From Thermoanaerobaculia bacterium (GTDB taxonomy: Bacteria > Acidobacteriota > Thermoanaerobaculia > UBA5066): DNA of 64,000 nt. Both the position numbers and the translations under genes were made by a program. The notes below the pieces were generated by a model that saw only the letters and a list, made by a program, of their open reading frames with translations, ran no database searches and was not told the DNA's origin. Below, piece after piece: positions 47,912 through 58,455 of this stretch. The stretch spans positions 480,001-544,000 of the forward strand of contig CAVRAY010000002.1 in NCBI GenBank assembly GCA_963719225.1. The letters are read 5' to 3'. The number at the start of each line of letters is the position of its first letter. Positions within the stretch are counted from its first letter, which is position 1.

Positions 47912-50900
47912 ATGCACCTCTCCTCCGGCCGCCTCACCCTCGCCGCCACCGACCTCGGTCGCTTCCTCGCGTGCCGGCATTCCACCGGCCTCGACATCGA
48001 GGTCGCGTTCGGCAGGCGCGCGAAGCCGCCGAAGTACCCGGACCCTTTCCTCGACCTCCTCATCCAGCGCGGTCTCGCCCACGAGAAGGACTACACGGGA
48101 AAGATCGAGAAGGGCGGCTCGCGCGTCCTCGACCTCACCGGTCCCAGGGCGCCGACGCCGTCGCCGCACCATCGAAGCCATGAAGGCGGGGAAGCCCGCC
48201 ATCGCACAGGGCGCGCTCGCGGCCGACGGCTGGTTCGGCCGGCCCGACTTCCTCCAGAAGGTCGGAGAAGCCGAGCGCCCTCGGCGCGTGGTCGTACGAG
48301 GCCTCGGACACGAAGCTCTCGCGCGAGACCCGCGGCTCGACCATCCTCCAGCTCTCCTTCTACTCCGAGCTCCTCGGCGCCGTGCAAGGCATCCAGCCCG
48401 AGTTCTTCCACGTCGTCACCCGCTTCGAGCGGAGCACTACCGCGTCGCCGACTTCGCCGCCTACTACCGCCTCGTCAAGCGGCGCCTCGAGGAAGCGGCC
48501 GCAGGCGACACCACGGCCCTCCTCTCCTCCAACTACCCCGAGCCCGTCGACTACTGCGACGTCTGCCGCTGGGGCCAGCAGTGCGACGAGCGCCGGCACG
48601 CCGACGACCACCTCTCCCTCGTCGCCGGCATCACGCGCCTCAACCGGCGCGAGTTCGAGGCGAACGACGTCAAGACGCTCGAGCGCCTCGGCGACCTCGT
48701 CCTCCCCATCCCCTTCAAGCCGGCCAAGTGCTCGAAGGAGTCGCTCGAGAAGGCGCAGGGCCAGGCCCGCATCCAGCTCGCGGGGCGCCGCGCCCATGCG
48801 CCCATCCACGAGCTGCTGCCCATCGAGGACGGCCGCGGCCTCGCTCTCCTGCCCGAGCCCTCGCCCGGCGACGTCTTCCTCGACCTCGAAGGCGACCATT
48901 TCGCCGCCGAAGGCCCGCGCGAGTACCTCTTCGGCATGACCGTCCTGGCCCGAAGGGCGAGACATCCCACCTCAGCCTCTGGGCCCACACCGACGCCGAA
49001 GAGAAAGCCGTCTTCGAGACGATCCTCGACCGCATCGGCGAGCTCTGGAAAGCCAACCCAGGGCTCCACGTCTACCACTACGCGCCCTACGAGCCCACCG
49101 CGTTCAAGAGGCTCATGGGCCGGCACGCCACGCGCGCCCGCGAGCTCGACCGCATGCTGCGCGCCGAGCTGTTCGTCGACCTCCTGGCCGTCGTCAAGCA
49201 GGGCCTGAGGGCCAGCGTCGAGTCCTACTCCATCAAGAAGCTCGAGGAGTTCTACGGCTTCACGCGCAAGGCCGACCTGCGCGACGCGGGCGCCGCCCGC
49301 CGGGCCGTCGAGTTCTCTCTCCAGACGGGCGACCTCACCGTCCTCACCCCCGAGGTCAAACGCCTCGTCGCCCTCTACAACGAGGAAGACTGCGTCTCGG
49401 CCCTGCGCCTGCGCGACTGGCTCGAAACCCTGCGGCCCGACATCCCCCGGCCGCCGCGCAAGGACGGCGACGAGAGCGAGCAGCAGGAGCAGCGCAGCAA
49501 GGACGTCCAGGACGCGATGGACGCGCTCCTGAAGGGCGTGCCCGACGAGAAGACCGAGCGCACGAGCGAGCAGCACGCCCGCTGGCTCCTCGCCCACATG
49601 CTCGAGTTCCACCGCCGCGAAGACAAGGTCACGTGGTGGGAGTTCTACCGGCTGCGCGACCTCACCGACGAAGACGACCTCCTCGACGAGCGCAAGGTGA
49701 TCGCGGGAATGAGATTCCTGAAGAGGGTCGGAGGGACGAAGAAGTGCCCGATCGACCGATACACGTTTCCTTCGCAGGACATCGACGCCCGCGAAGACGA
49801 CACGCTGAAGACCAGCGACGAAGGAACCCTCGGGCACATCGAAGCCATCGACCGCGACAAGCGCACCGTCGACATCAAGAAAACGCAGAAGAAGGCCGAC
49901 GAGCACCCTTCGTGGGCATTCGTCCATTCCTACATCTCCTCGAAGGAAATCGTCGCCTCCCTCATGAGCCTCGCCGCCGACATCGCGAAGAACGGCTTCA
50001 CCCCGAAGTCCGCCGCCCGCGACCTCCTCCTCGGCAATCCCCCGCGCCTGAAGAAGGGCGCGTTCGGGCCGACGAAGGGCGAAGATCCGGTCGAATTCGC
50101 GAAGCGCACCGTCCTCTCCCTCGACCGCTCGCTCCTCGCCATCCAGGGCCCGCCCGGAGCGGGGAAGACCTACACCGGCGCGCGGATGATCGTCGCCTGC
50201 GTCGACGCGGGCCTCAAGGTCGGCATCACCGCCGTCAGCCACAAGGTCATCCGCAACCTCCTCGACGCCGTCCTCGAAGCCGCCCGCGAGATGAAGGTCT
50301 CCGTCCCGTGCGTCCAGAAGATCAAGACGGGCGCCGAGAAGTCCGACCCGCCCATCCCCGGCATCGTCGAAGTCACCGACAACGCCGGCGTCCTCGCCGC
50401 GCTCGACGACGGCTCCGCTCAGGTCGGCGCCGGCACGGCGTGGATGTGGTCGCGCGACGAGTACGCCGGCGCCGTCGACGTCCTCTTCGTGGACGAGGCC
50501 GGCCAGGCCTCCCTCGCCAACGTCCTCGCCATGGCCCAGGCCGCGAAAAGCGTCGTCCTCCTCGGCGACCCGCAGCAGCTCGAGCAGCCGCAGCGCGGCA
50601 CGCACCCCGAAGGCGTCGACGCCTCGGCCCTCGAGCACCTCCTCGCCGGCAGCAAGACCATGCCGAACGACCGCGGCATCTTCCTCGACAAGACGTGGCG
50701 CCTCCCGCCCGCCATCTGCGCCTTCACGTCCGAGCTGTTCTACGAAGGCCGCCTCGAATCGCGCCCCGAGCAGGAGAAGCAGAAGCTCTCCGGCGCGCCG
50801 CCCTACGAGGGCGCGGGGCTGTGGTTCGTGCCCGTCGAGCACGACGGCAACACGAACTCCTCCGCCGAGGAAGTGAAAGCCGTCGAGGCCATCGTCGAGA

Positions 50901-51302
50901 CGCTCCTGAAGAAGGGCAGCCGCTGGACGAACCAGAAGGGCGAGACGAAACAGGTCACGCCCGACGACATCCTCGTCGTCGCCCCCTTCAACGCGCAGGT
51001 CAACCGCCTGCAGGACGCGCTCGAACTCGAAGGGCATCCGCGTCGGCACGGTGGACAGGTTCCAGGGGCAGGAAGGCGCCATCGTCATCTACTCGATGGC
51101 CACTTCACGGCCCGAAGACGCGCCGCGAGGGATGGAATTCCTCTACGATCTCAACCGCTTGAACGTCGCGACGTCGAGGGCCCGCTGTGCGTGCATTCTC
51201 GTGGCGTCGCCGCGCCTGCTCGAGCCTGACTGCAAGACGCCGAGGCAGATGCGGCTGGCGAATGCGATGTGCAGCTTTACCGAACGGAAGCGGGCTAGGT
51301 GA
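47912..51302 (+). CDS. TM0106 family RecB-like nuclease / RNase H-like / SF1 (DNA2-like) helicase, about five frameshifts
   Basis: ATDL..FL.C.H, GRPDFL, DTKL, FLDLEG, YHYAPYE, YSIKKLE, YNEEDC, QGPPGAGKT, DEAGQ, GDPQQL, FQGQE, NRLNVATSRA. Confidence 0.9.
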
Positions 51303-52886
51303 CAGCGATGAAGGCTGCTCACACCGGAGAGAAGGGTCGAATACCAGTCGTGGATCTATTTGCGGGCCCCGGGGGCTTGGCCGAAGGATTCTCCGCTTTC
51401 AGTGGTTCCACCGCTGGCCATCCATTTCGCGTAGCGCTTTCAATAGAAAAGAACGCGGATGCTCACGCGACGCTCGAGCTAAGGAGTTTCTTCCGGTCGT
51501 TTTCGAAGGGAGATGTCCCTGAGGCGTATTTCCAAGTTCTAAGGGGTGAGCTCGGAACGGAGCAACTCTACTCTGAGTTTCCACGGGAGGCGGCAAAGGC
51601 GAGGGCTGAGGCGTGGAAAGCGGAGCTTGGTGTGGAGAGTCGGCATGAACTCGGACGGCAGATCTCGGCAGCCGTTTCGGGGAATGAGCCGTGGGTGCTC
51701 GTCGGTGGGCCCCCCTGTCAGGCCTACTCCTTGGTCGGCAGATCCAGAAACCGCGGCACGAGGGGCTACGTCCCAGAACTCGACAAGCGACAAACACTCT
51801 ACGTGGAGTACCTGCAGGTTCTGGCAGATCACGCGCCCTCGGTCTTCGTGATGGAAAATGTTAAGGGCCTCTTGTCGGCACATCTTGAAGGCAATGCTCT
51901 TTTTGAAAGGATACGGGAAGATCTTGCTGCGCCTACCAAGGCATTGCGGCGCGAACGCCGGCCGACTTCTCGGCGGTCTGTGCGATATACCCTTTACGCC
52001 TTTTCTAGCTCTGGCTTGCCGGTCGGAACTCTTTAGGCGGGCTAGCGACTTCATTGTCCGATCGGAACACTTCGGAATACCGCAAGCCCGCCACAGGGTA
52101 ATCATCCTGGGCGTCCGGGATGACCTGCGAGATCCCTTTGCCAGCGGCACTCGTGCAAGTTGAATCAATACCTGTTTCGCGTGTTCTCTCTGGGCTTCCT
52201 AGGCTGCGAAGTCGCATTTCGGGTGGGACTGACACAGGAATGCGCTGGAAGGATTCGCTGAAGAGCGCGAAAACCGCTCGTTGGGTAGCGGAACTGAGGT
52301 CGAGCGGGGACCGCGATGTTGCTAAAAGAGTCCTGTCAGCGCTTGATACGTTAACGATTCCGTCGGCCGAGAATGGCGCGGAATTTTTGGCCTGGCCGGC
52401 GCCACATATTGCCTATGGCCAGATTGGTATCTCAGGATTCGCGCGTCCGAGGTATCGCGAACCACACAGCGCGTTCACACATGACGGGAGACCTATATCG
52501 CTATCTCTTCTGTGCGTGCTACGCGGAGGTTAGGGGCCATTCGCCCGGTCTCTCCGAGTTTCCCGCCAAGTCTGCTGCCCGCACACAAGAATGTGAAGCG
52601 GGCACTTGCAGGTAGTCTGTTTTCTGACCGCTTTCGGGTTCAGTCTGCTGGGCGCCCGGCGACGACCGTAACGAGCCACATAGCCAAGGATGGCCATTAC
52701 TTCATCCACTTCGATCCGACGCAATGTCGAAGTCTGACCGTGCGAGAAGCAGCCCGCCTGCAAACGTTCCCGGATAACTACTACTTCAGTGGAGGCAGGA
52801 CCTCCCAGTACGTTCAGGTCGGCAACGCCGTTCCGCCTCTTCTCGCCCGGTCCTTAGCCGAAATCGTCTATGGAATCCTCAGGTAA
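51299..52886 (+). CDS. dcm: DNA (cytosine-5) methyltransferase, several frameshifts
   Basis: [51 protein letters not shown]. Confidence 0.92.
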
Positions 52887-52892
52887 AGGCAG

Positions 52893-53318
52893 ATGGATTC
52901 GCTAAGCCCTGAACGCCGCAGCTGGAACATGTCGCGAATCCGGAGTCGCAACTCGGGCCCGGAGGTCGCGGTGCGGTCGGCTTTACATCGGCTGGGTTTT
53001 CGGTTTCGACTTATCTCTAGAAGACTCCCTGGCCGACCGGACGTCGTGCTTACGAGGCACCGTATCGCGGTCTTCGTGCACGGCTGCTTTTGGCATCGCC
53101 ATAAGGGTTGCCGCCTCGCGTATACGCCAGGCAGCAACAAGGCGTTCTGGGCAAAGAAGTTCCTCGAAAACGTGCGGCGGGATCGGGCGGTCCGCCAGCG
53201 GTTGGAGGCCTCGGGCTGGCACGTTCTCACAGTCTGGGAATGTGCCGTTCGGCGAACTTCTCCTGACTCCCTGCGAATCTACCTGGCCGGAAGGCTATTG
53301 AAACTGCGCATTCGCTGA
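52893..53318 (+). CDS. vsr: Very short patch repair endonuclease
   Basis: RSWNMSRIR...PE, LPGRPD, FVHGCFWH, N..RD, VWEC. Confidence 0.95.
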   Translation: MDSLSPERRSWNMSRIRSRNSGPEVAVRSALHRLGFRFRLISRRLPGRPDVVLTRHRIAVFVHGCFWHRHKGCRLAYTPGSNKAFWAKKFLENVRRDRAVRQRLEASGWHVLTVWECAVRRTSPDSLRIYLAGRLLKLRIR

Positions 53319-53329
53319 AAGAGAGCCAC

Positions 53330-54796
53330 ATGCGATTCGTCGAGCTGCCTCCTGATGCGCCCACATTGCTTGAATCAATGCGTGCCATCGGATATTCGTT
53401 CGAGGCCGCGGTGGCCGACATCCTCGACAACAGTCTTGCCGCCGGCGCGACCGCCATCGACATCCTCTTCGACTCAATTGGTCAGCCATATGTTGCAATA
53501 CTCGATGATGGCCTTGGAATGACGGCCAAGGAGCTCCGCACAGCAATGCGTCACGGCGGCCGCAACCCGCGGGGCGTCGGGGAAGGCGTCGACCTCGGAA
53601 GGTTTGGTCTGGGGATGAAGACGGCATCTCTTTCACAATGTCGTTGTCTCACGGTTGTCTCGAAGAAGGATGGCCGTACATCGGGAGCAAGATGGGACCT
53701 CGATACAGTCGCAAGCAGGGGCAGCTGGTCTCTCGAGGAACTCGATGAAAGTGACTTGGCCACTGTCCCGGAAGTCTCACGGCTGGTCACGCTAGGCCAG
53801 GGGACACTTGTCGTCTGGCAGAGGCTGGATCGCGTCGTAGCTGGAGAGGCGTCGAGCGACCGTGCGGTCCAGGGGAAGATTGATAACGCGCGAAGGCATG
53901 TGGAACTCGTGTTCCATCGGTTCTTGGAGTCTGGCCCACACACAGTCAAGCTCCGAATCAACAATTTCGAAGTAGTGGGTCGCGATCCCTTTCTGCGCTC
54001 TCGGACCGGTACACAGGTGCTTCCTGGCGAAGCGATTCCGATTGGCGATCAACGGATCGAGGTGCAGGCCTACATCCTGCCGCACGCATCGCGGCTTACG
54101 CAGGCCGACCTGGACATCGCTGGCGGCTTCGATGGTCTTCGACTCAGCCAGGGATTTTACGTCTACCGGAACCGCCGCCTGATCATCTGGGGCACGTGGT
54201 TCCGGTTAGCTCGCCAGGAGGAGATGGCCAAGCTCGCAAGAGTCATGGTCGACGTGCCTAGCACACTGGACAGCCTCTGGTCCCTTGACATCAAGAAGTC
54301 TGCCGCCTACCCCCCGGAATCCGTCCGGGATGGCCTGAAACGCATCGTTGCCCGTATCGTCGATTCGAGTAGACGCGTCTATACGTTTCGAGGTCGTACC
54401 GTCAGGGAGCCCGGGATCATTCGACTGTGGGAGCGCTCTGAGGGCCGAGACGGCGCCGTTAGTTACTCGGTCAACAGAGAGAGCCCTGTCGTAGAGGCGC
54501 TTCGGTCATCGCTGCCCGCGGACCGGCGGGATCTCTTGGAGGGGTGCCTTCAGGCTGTCGAGCGTACCTATCCCGTAGGCGCTGTATACGCGGATCTAGC
54601 TTCTGACCGCAAACTCGCTGATTCGGAGAAACCGCAGAAGATCGAGGCAGATCTTCTGGAGATTGCCAATGAACTCCTTGATGTGCTTGGGCGAGACTCT
54701 GCCGAAGCCATCACCCTGATACAGAAGCTCCACCTTGTCGAACCATTCGCGCTGCACCCGGCTGAAACAGAGCGGGTAAAGGAGATGCTCGGCTAG
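53330..54796 (+). CDS. MORC/MutL-like GHKL ATPase (MzaB-like)
   Basis: GYSFEAAVADILDNS, DDGLGM, DLGRFGLGMKTAS, QGFYVYRNRRLI, LDIKKS. Confidence 0.92.
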   Translation: MRFVELPPDAPTLLESMRAIGYSFEAAVADILDNSLAAGATAIDILFDSIGQPYVAILDDGLGMTAKELRTAMRHGGRNPRGVGEGVDLGRFGLGMKTASLSQCRCLTVVSKKDGRTSGARWDLDTVASRGSWSLEELDESDLATVPEVSRLVTLGQGTLVVWQRLDRVVAGEASSDRAVQGKIDNARRHVELVFHRFLESGPHTVKLRINNFEVVGRDPFLRSRTGTQVLPGEAIPIGDQRIEVQAYILPHASRLTQADLDIAGGFDGLRLSQGFYVYRNRRLIIWGTWFRLARQEEMAKLARVMVDVPSTLDSLWSLDIKKSAAYPPESVRDGLKRIVARIVDSSRRVYTFRGRTVREPGIIRLWERSEGRDGAVSYSVNRESPVVEALRSSLPADRRDLLEGCLQAVERTYPVGAVYADLASDRKLADSEKPQKIEADLLEIANELLDVLGRDSAEAITLIQKLHLVEPFALHPAETERVKEMLG

Positions 54797-57535
54797 TGCT
54801 CTCACAACGAGGAGAAAGAATCGCTACCACGGTCGCGGTCTGTGTCGGCGGGCACGTTCCCAGCGAAGAGGAGCTGCGCGACTTGGCGCAGAAGATGCGC
54901 TCGGTCCTCGCACCCGCAACCGACCCGATCTCGGACGAGGAATTCGCCGAAATCATCCGGACGCTCCATGCACGCCTAGCGGTGACCATGGACATGGGTG
55001 CGGCGCTCCAGGAAGAGGATCATCGTCCATGGCTGAATGCGCGGCGCGCGGAGATCGAGCCGTTTACTGGAAACGCTATTCCGAACTGCTCCACCAGAGG
55101 CACTGGTCGCCATCAGTGATCGGGGTGATGGACAGGGTAACGGACGAGATTCTCGACCTCGCCGGAGATCCAAAACGGGCAACAGGATGGAAGCGACGAG
55201 GGCTGGTCATAGGCGACGTACAGTCAGGGAAAACCGCGGCGTACACAGCCCTCTGCTGCAAAGCCGCGGATGCAGGATATCGACTCGTCATTCTCCTTAC
55301 TGGTACTCTCGAGAGTCTCCGGCGCCAGACCCAGCTTCGACTCGACGAGGGCTTCGTCGGGCGCGATAGTTCAGACATCCTGTCCGCAACTGCGAGGGCG
55401 AAACGAGTCGTAGGAGCTGGCGAATTTGACCAGCGGCGCTTTGCCGGAGTGTTTACATCGCGCTCGCGCGATTTCAGTCGCGTCCTTCTGACCCAGCTCG
55501 GAATTACGCTGGCATCGATCAACGAGCCCGTCCTTGTTGTCGTCAAGAAGAACAAGAAGATACTCGATAACCTCGAGGGATGGCTGCGCGGAAACAATGC
55601 GGATGCAGCTGGACAGATCCACGAGCCCCTGCTCTTGATTGACGATGAAGCGGACAATGCGTCTGTAAATACAGCGGACCCAGACAACACGCCAACAGCA
55701 ATAAACGACAGTATCCGTGGGCTGATTTCACTCTTCAGCCGAGTGGCGTATGTGGGGTTTACGGCGACTCCATTCGCCAACATCTTCATCGATCCCGACA
55801 CCGCCGACGAAATGCGTGGACAGGACCTCTTCCCGCGCGACTTTATCTATGCGCTGGAACCACCCACAAACTACCTCGGACCCGCGAGACTGTTTGGAGA
55901 CGAGATCGTAAATGGGCTTATATGTCCGATTAAGGACGCCGACGACTACTTTCCACGCGGTCACAAGGGAACGCTCGCGGTCGCCATACTGCCTCAGAGC
56001 CTGCGGGACGCGGTCGACCAGTTTGTCCTAGCGAATGTCATAAGGGATCTTCGTGGCGAGGGCCTGACGCATCGCTCGATGCTGATCAATGTCAGCCGAT
56101 TTACAGCAGTACAGGATGGAGCAGCAGAGCGTGTCGACGAGTGCCTGAAGGCGCTCCAGCAGGATGTACGGAACTACAGCCAGCTGGATGATTCCCGCGC
56201 CCTCGCGAACCCAACCCTTGTGCGGTTGAAGAAGCGGCTTGAAACGGACTTCAAGGAAGCAGGGTGTAGATGGCCCGAGGTGTCGCGGCAGCTGCCCGCG
56301 AGTGCCCTACCTATCGTCGTAAGGGCGGTTAATCAGCGCACGGGAGCGTCTGTTCTTGACTACGCGAGCCACGTTGATGCCGGCCTGCGGGTCATCGCGG
56401 TCGGCGGCAACAGCCTCTCGAGGGGTCTGACGTTGGAAGGGCTCTGTACTAGCTATTTCTTCAGGAATTCCCAGATGTACGACACCCTCCTTCAAATGGG
56501 CCGGTGGTTCGGCTATCGGGACAACTACGCCGACCTCTGCAGGCTCTGGCTGACGACGGAGGCTGAAGGCTGGTATCGACACATCACCCTTGCTTCAGAG
56601 GAACTCCGCCAAGAGGTGCGCAGGATGCAGGGCCTTGGCCTGACGCCAGCGGACTTTGGCTTAAAAGTGAGGTCACATCCGGATGCGTTGATTGTCACGG
56701 CCCGGAACAAGATGCGTGCTGCTAAGGAAGTGATTCGTCAGATTTCATTCAGCGGAGAGGCACCGGAGACGACGCGCCTGAGTCGAGATATCTCGACAAT
56801 CCGGCGGAACTACCGGGCCGTCGTGCGGCTAGTCGGCGAAATAAGGGCGGCGGGCCTAAGTGCTACGCAATCGGAATGGGGTACGACATACATCTGGCGG
56901 GGCGTGCCGAAAGAAGCAGTCGGAAGGTTCCTAGCCGCCTTTCAGAGCGATCCACGGACGTTTACGTTCTTCAGTCCCGAAGATGAGGGGGCTGGCTCGG
57001 GCCTCGCGAAGTTCGTCCGCGAAACCACCGATCCGACGCTCCAGCAGTGGGACGTTGCGATGCCTTCCGGCGAAGAGGATGAGATCAGTCTTCCGACGCT
57101 CGAACCTGCAGATCGCCCGAGAAGACGGAACGTGGCTCTTCCGATACAACCACAATGCTCGTGTCGGGCAGGAATGCCCGCGTAGGCTCACGTGGAGATG
57201 AGAGGCAAGGGCTAACGCCAGAGGAGGCCGAGGCAACCGAGCGCCAGTTCCGTGCGGCGAACCCCGACAAGAAGGAAGTCCCTGACCGTGCCTATAGAAC
57301 CGTACGCAAGCGGCCTCTACTGCTCCTGCACGTGATCAAGCCTCGGGTGGATGGCGTTGAACTTTCCTTAGGCGTAGAAGAGCCGGTCGTGGCACTTGGC
57401 CTAAGTTTCCCGCCGTTCGACGACGAGGATGTAGCCAAGCGCGTCGCCTATCAGGTCAACAAGGTCGAATACCGAAGTCTCTTCGAGGCCGAGGCGGACG
57501 ACGAAATCGAGACCAGTGATGCCGACCCGGATTGA
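54796..57535 (+). CDS. Z1-domain SF2-like protein (MzaC-like), frameshifts near 55065 and 57100-57155
   Basis: GDVQSGKT, IDDEADNAS, GFTATPFAN, HRSMLIN, SRGLTLEGL, DTLLQMGRWFGYR. Confidence 0.92.
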
Positions 57536-58455
57536 ACCGCTTTGGCGGGAACTCCTGCAGGCCGGTGAGTGCCCGGCGCACCTCCGCGTGAGCGCGAGCC
57601 ACCCGTTGGATTTGTATGCGGAGGTAGCAGAGGGTGGCCAGCTCGGACTGCTGGCTGTTGTCGAAGAAGAGCCACCAGCAGCGCCGACCTTCGGGTCAAT
57701 TGCAGTTCAGATCAACCGGCGAGCGGACGCTCGTTGGGCCATTTCAATTCTCTTGCAGCGCCCCGACCTGCGATCTCTGTTTGCAACCCTCTGCGATGAC
57801 ATCATCGAAGCCGGGGGCGGTCTGCCCCCGAACAGATGCCGGTAGGTTCGTCCTGACTCGGCTGGAGCGATGGCGCAGGCTTACAGAGAAAGGCTCCAGC
57901 GGGCTGTTGAGCGATTCAGAGCAGAGGGGGCTGGCCGGGGAGCTGGTCTTCCTGGAAAAGGCAATCCAGCGTTTTGGCCCACGAATCGCGGTGGAAGGTT
58001 GGGTGGGGCCACTCGATGCCGCACGCGATTTCGACCTTCCGGAAGAGTTATCCGAGGTCAAGACGATATCTCCGGGCAGCTTGACCGTACAGATCAGCTC
58101 CCTGGAGCAGCTCGAAGGAGAGCCATACCTCGTCGTGTATGAACTAGCTCACGTTCAATCTCAAGGAACGGGGACGTTCTCACTCCCAGATGCAGTTACG
58201 GGGGTGAGAAAGGCAATAGAAGGCGATGACGCTGCAGCGGAGGAGTTCGAGCGCAGGCTGCGACTAGCTGGTTACGAGCCCCGCAAAGAATACGAGACGA
58301 TTCACTTTCGGCTTCTCGACAGCTATGTCTTCAAAGTCGCACAGGCCTTCCCCCGCCTGGTGCGCAGTGCTGTTAGTAAAGGCGTCGTCGAGGCCAAGTA
58401 TTCACTCTACCTACCTGATCTGAAGCAGTTTCGCTATGGCGGGACGGGCGAATGA
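57519..58455 (+). CDS. DUF4420 PD-(D/E)XK motif protein (MzaD-like), frameshift near 57830
   Basis: HPLDLY, GLAGEL, W.GP...DF...EVKT, ISSLEQL, FPRL. Confidence 0.88.

Noticed and set aside
48551-51088. 845-aa minus-strand ORF and similar long antisense ORFs (e.g. 13428-15860, 23916-26612)
   Set aside because: Shadows of recognisable genes on the other strand, with no motifs of their own.
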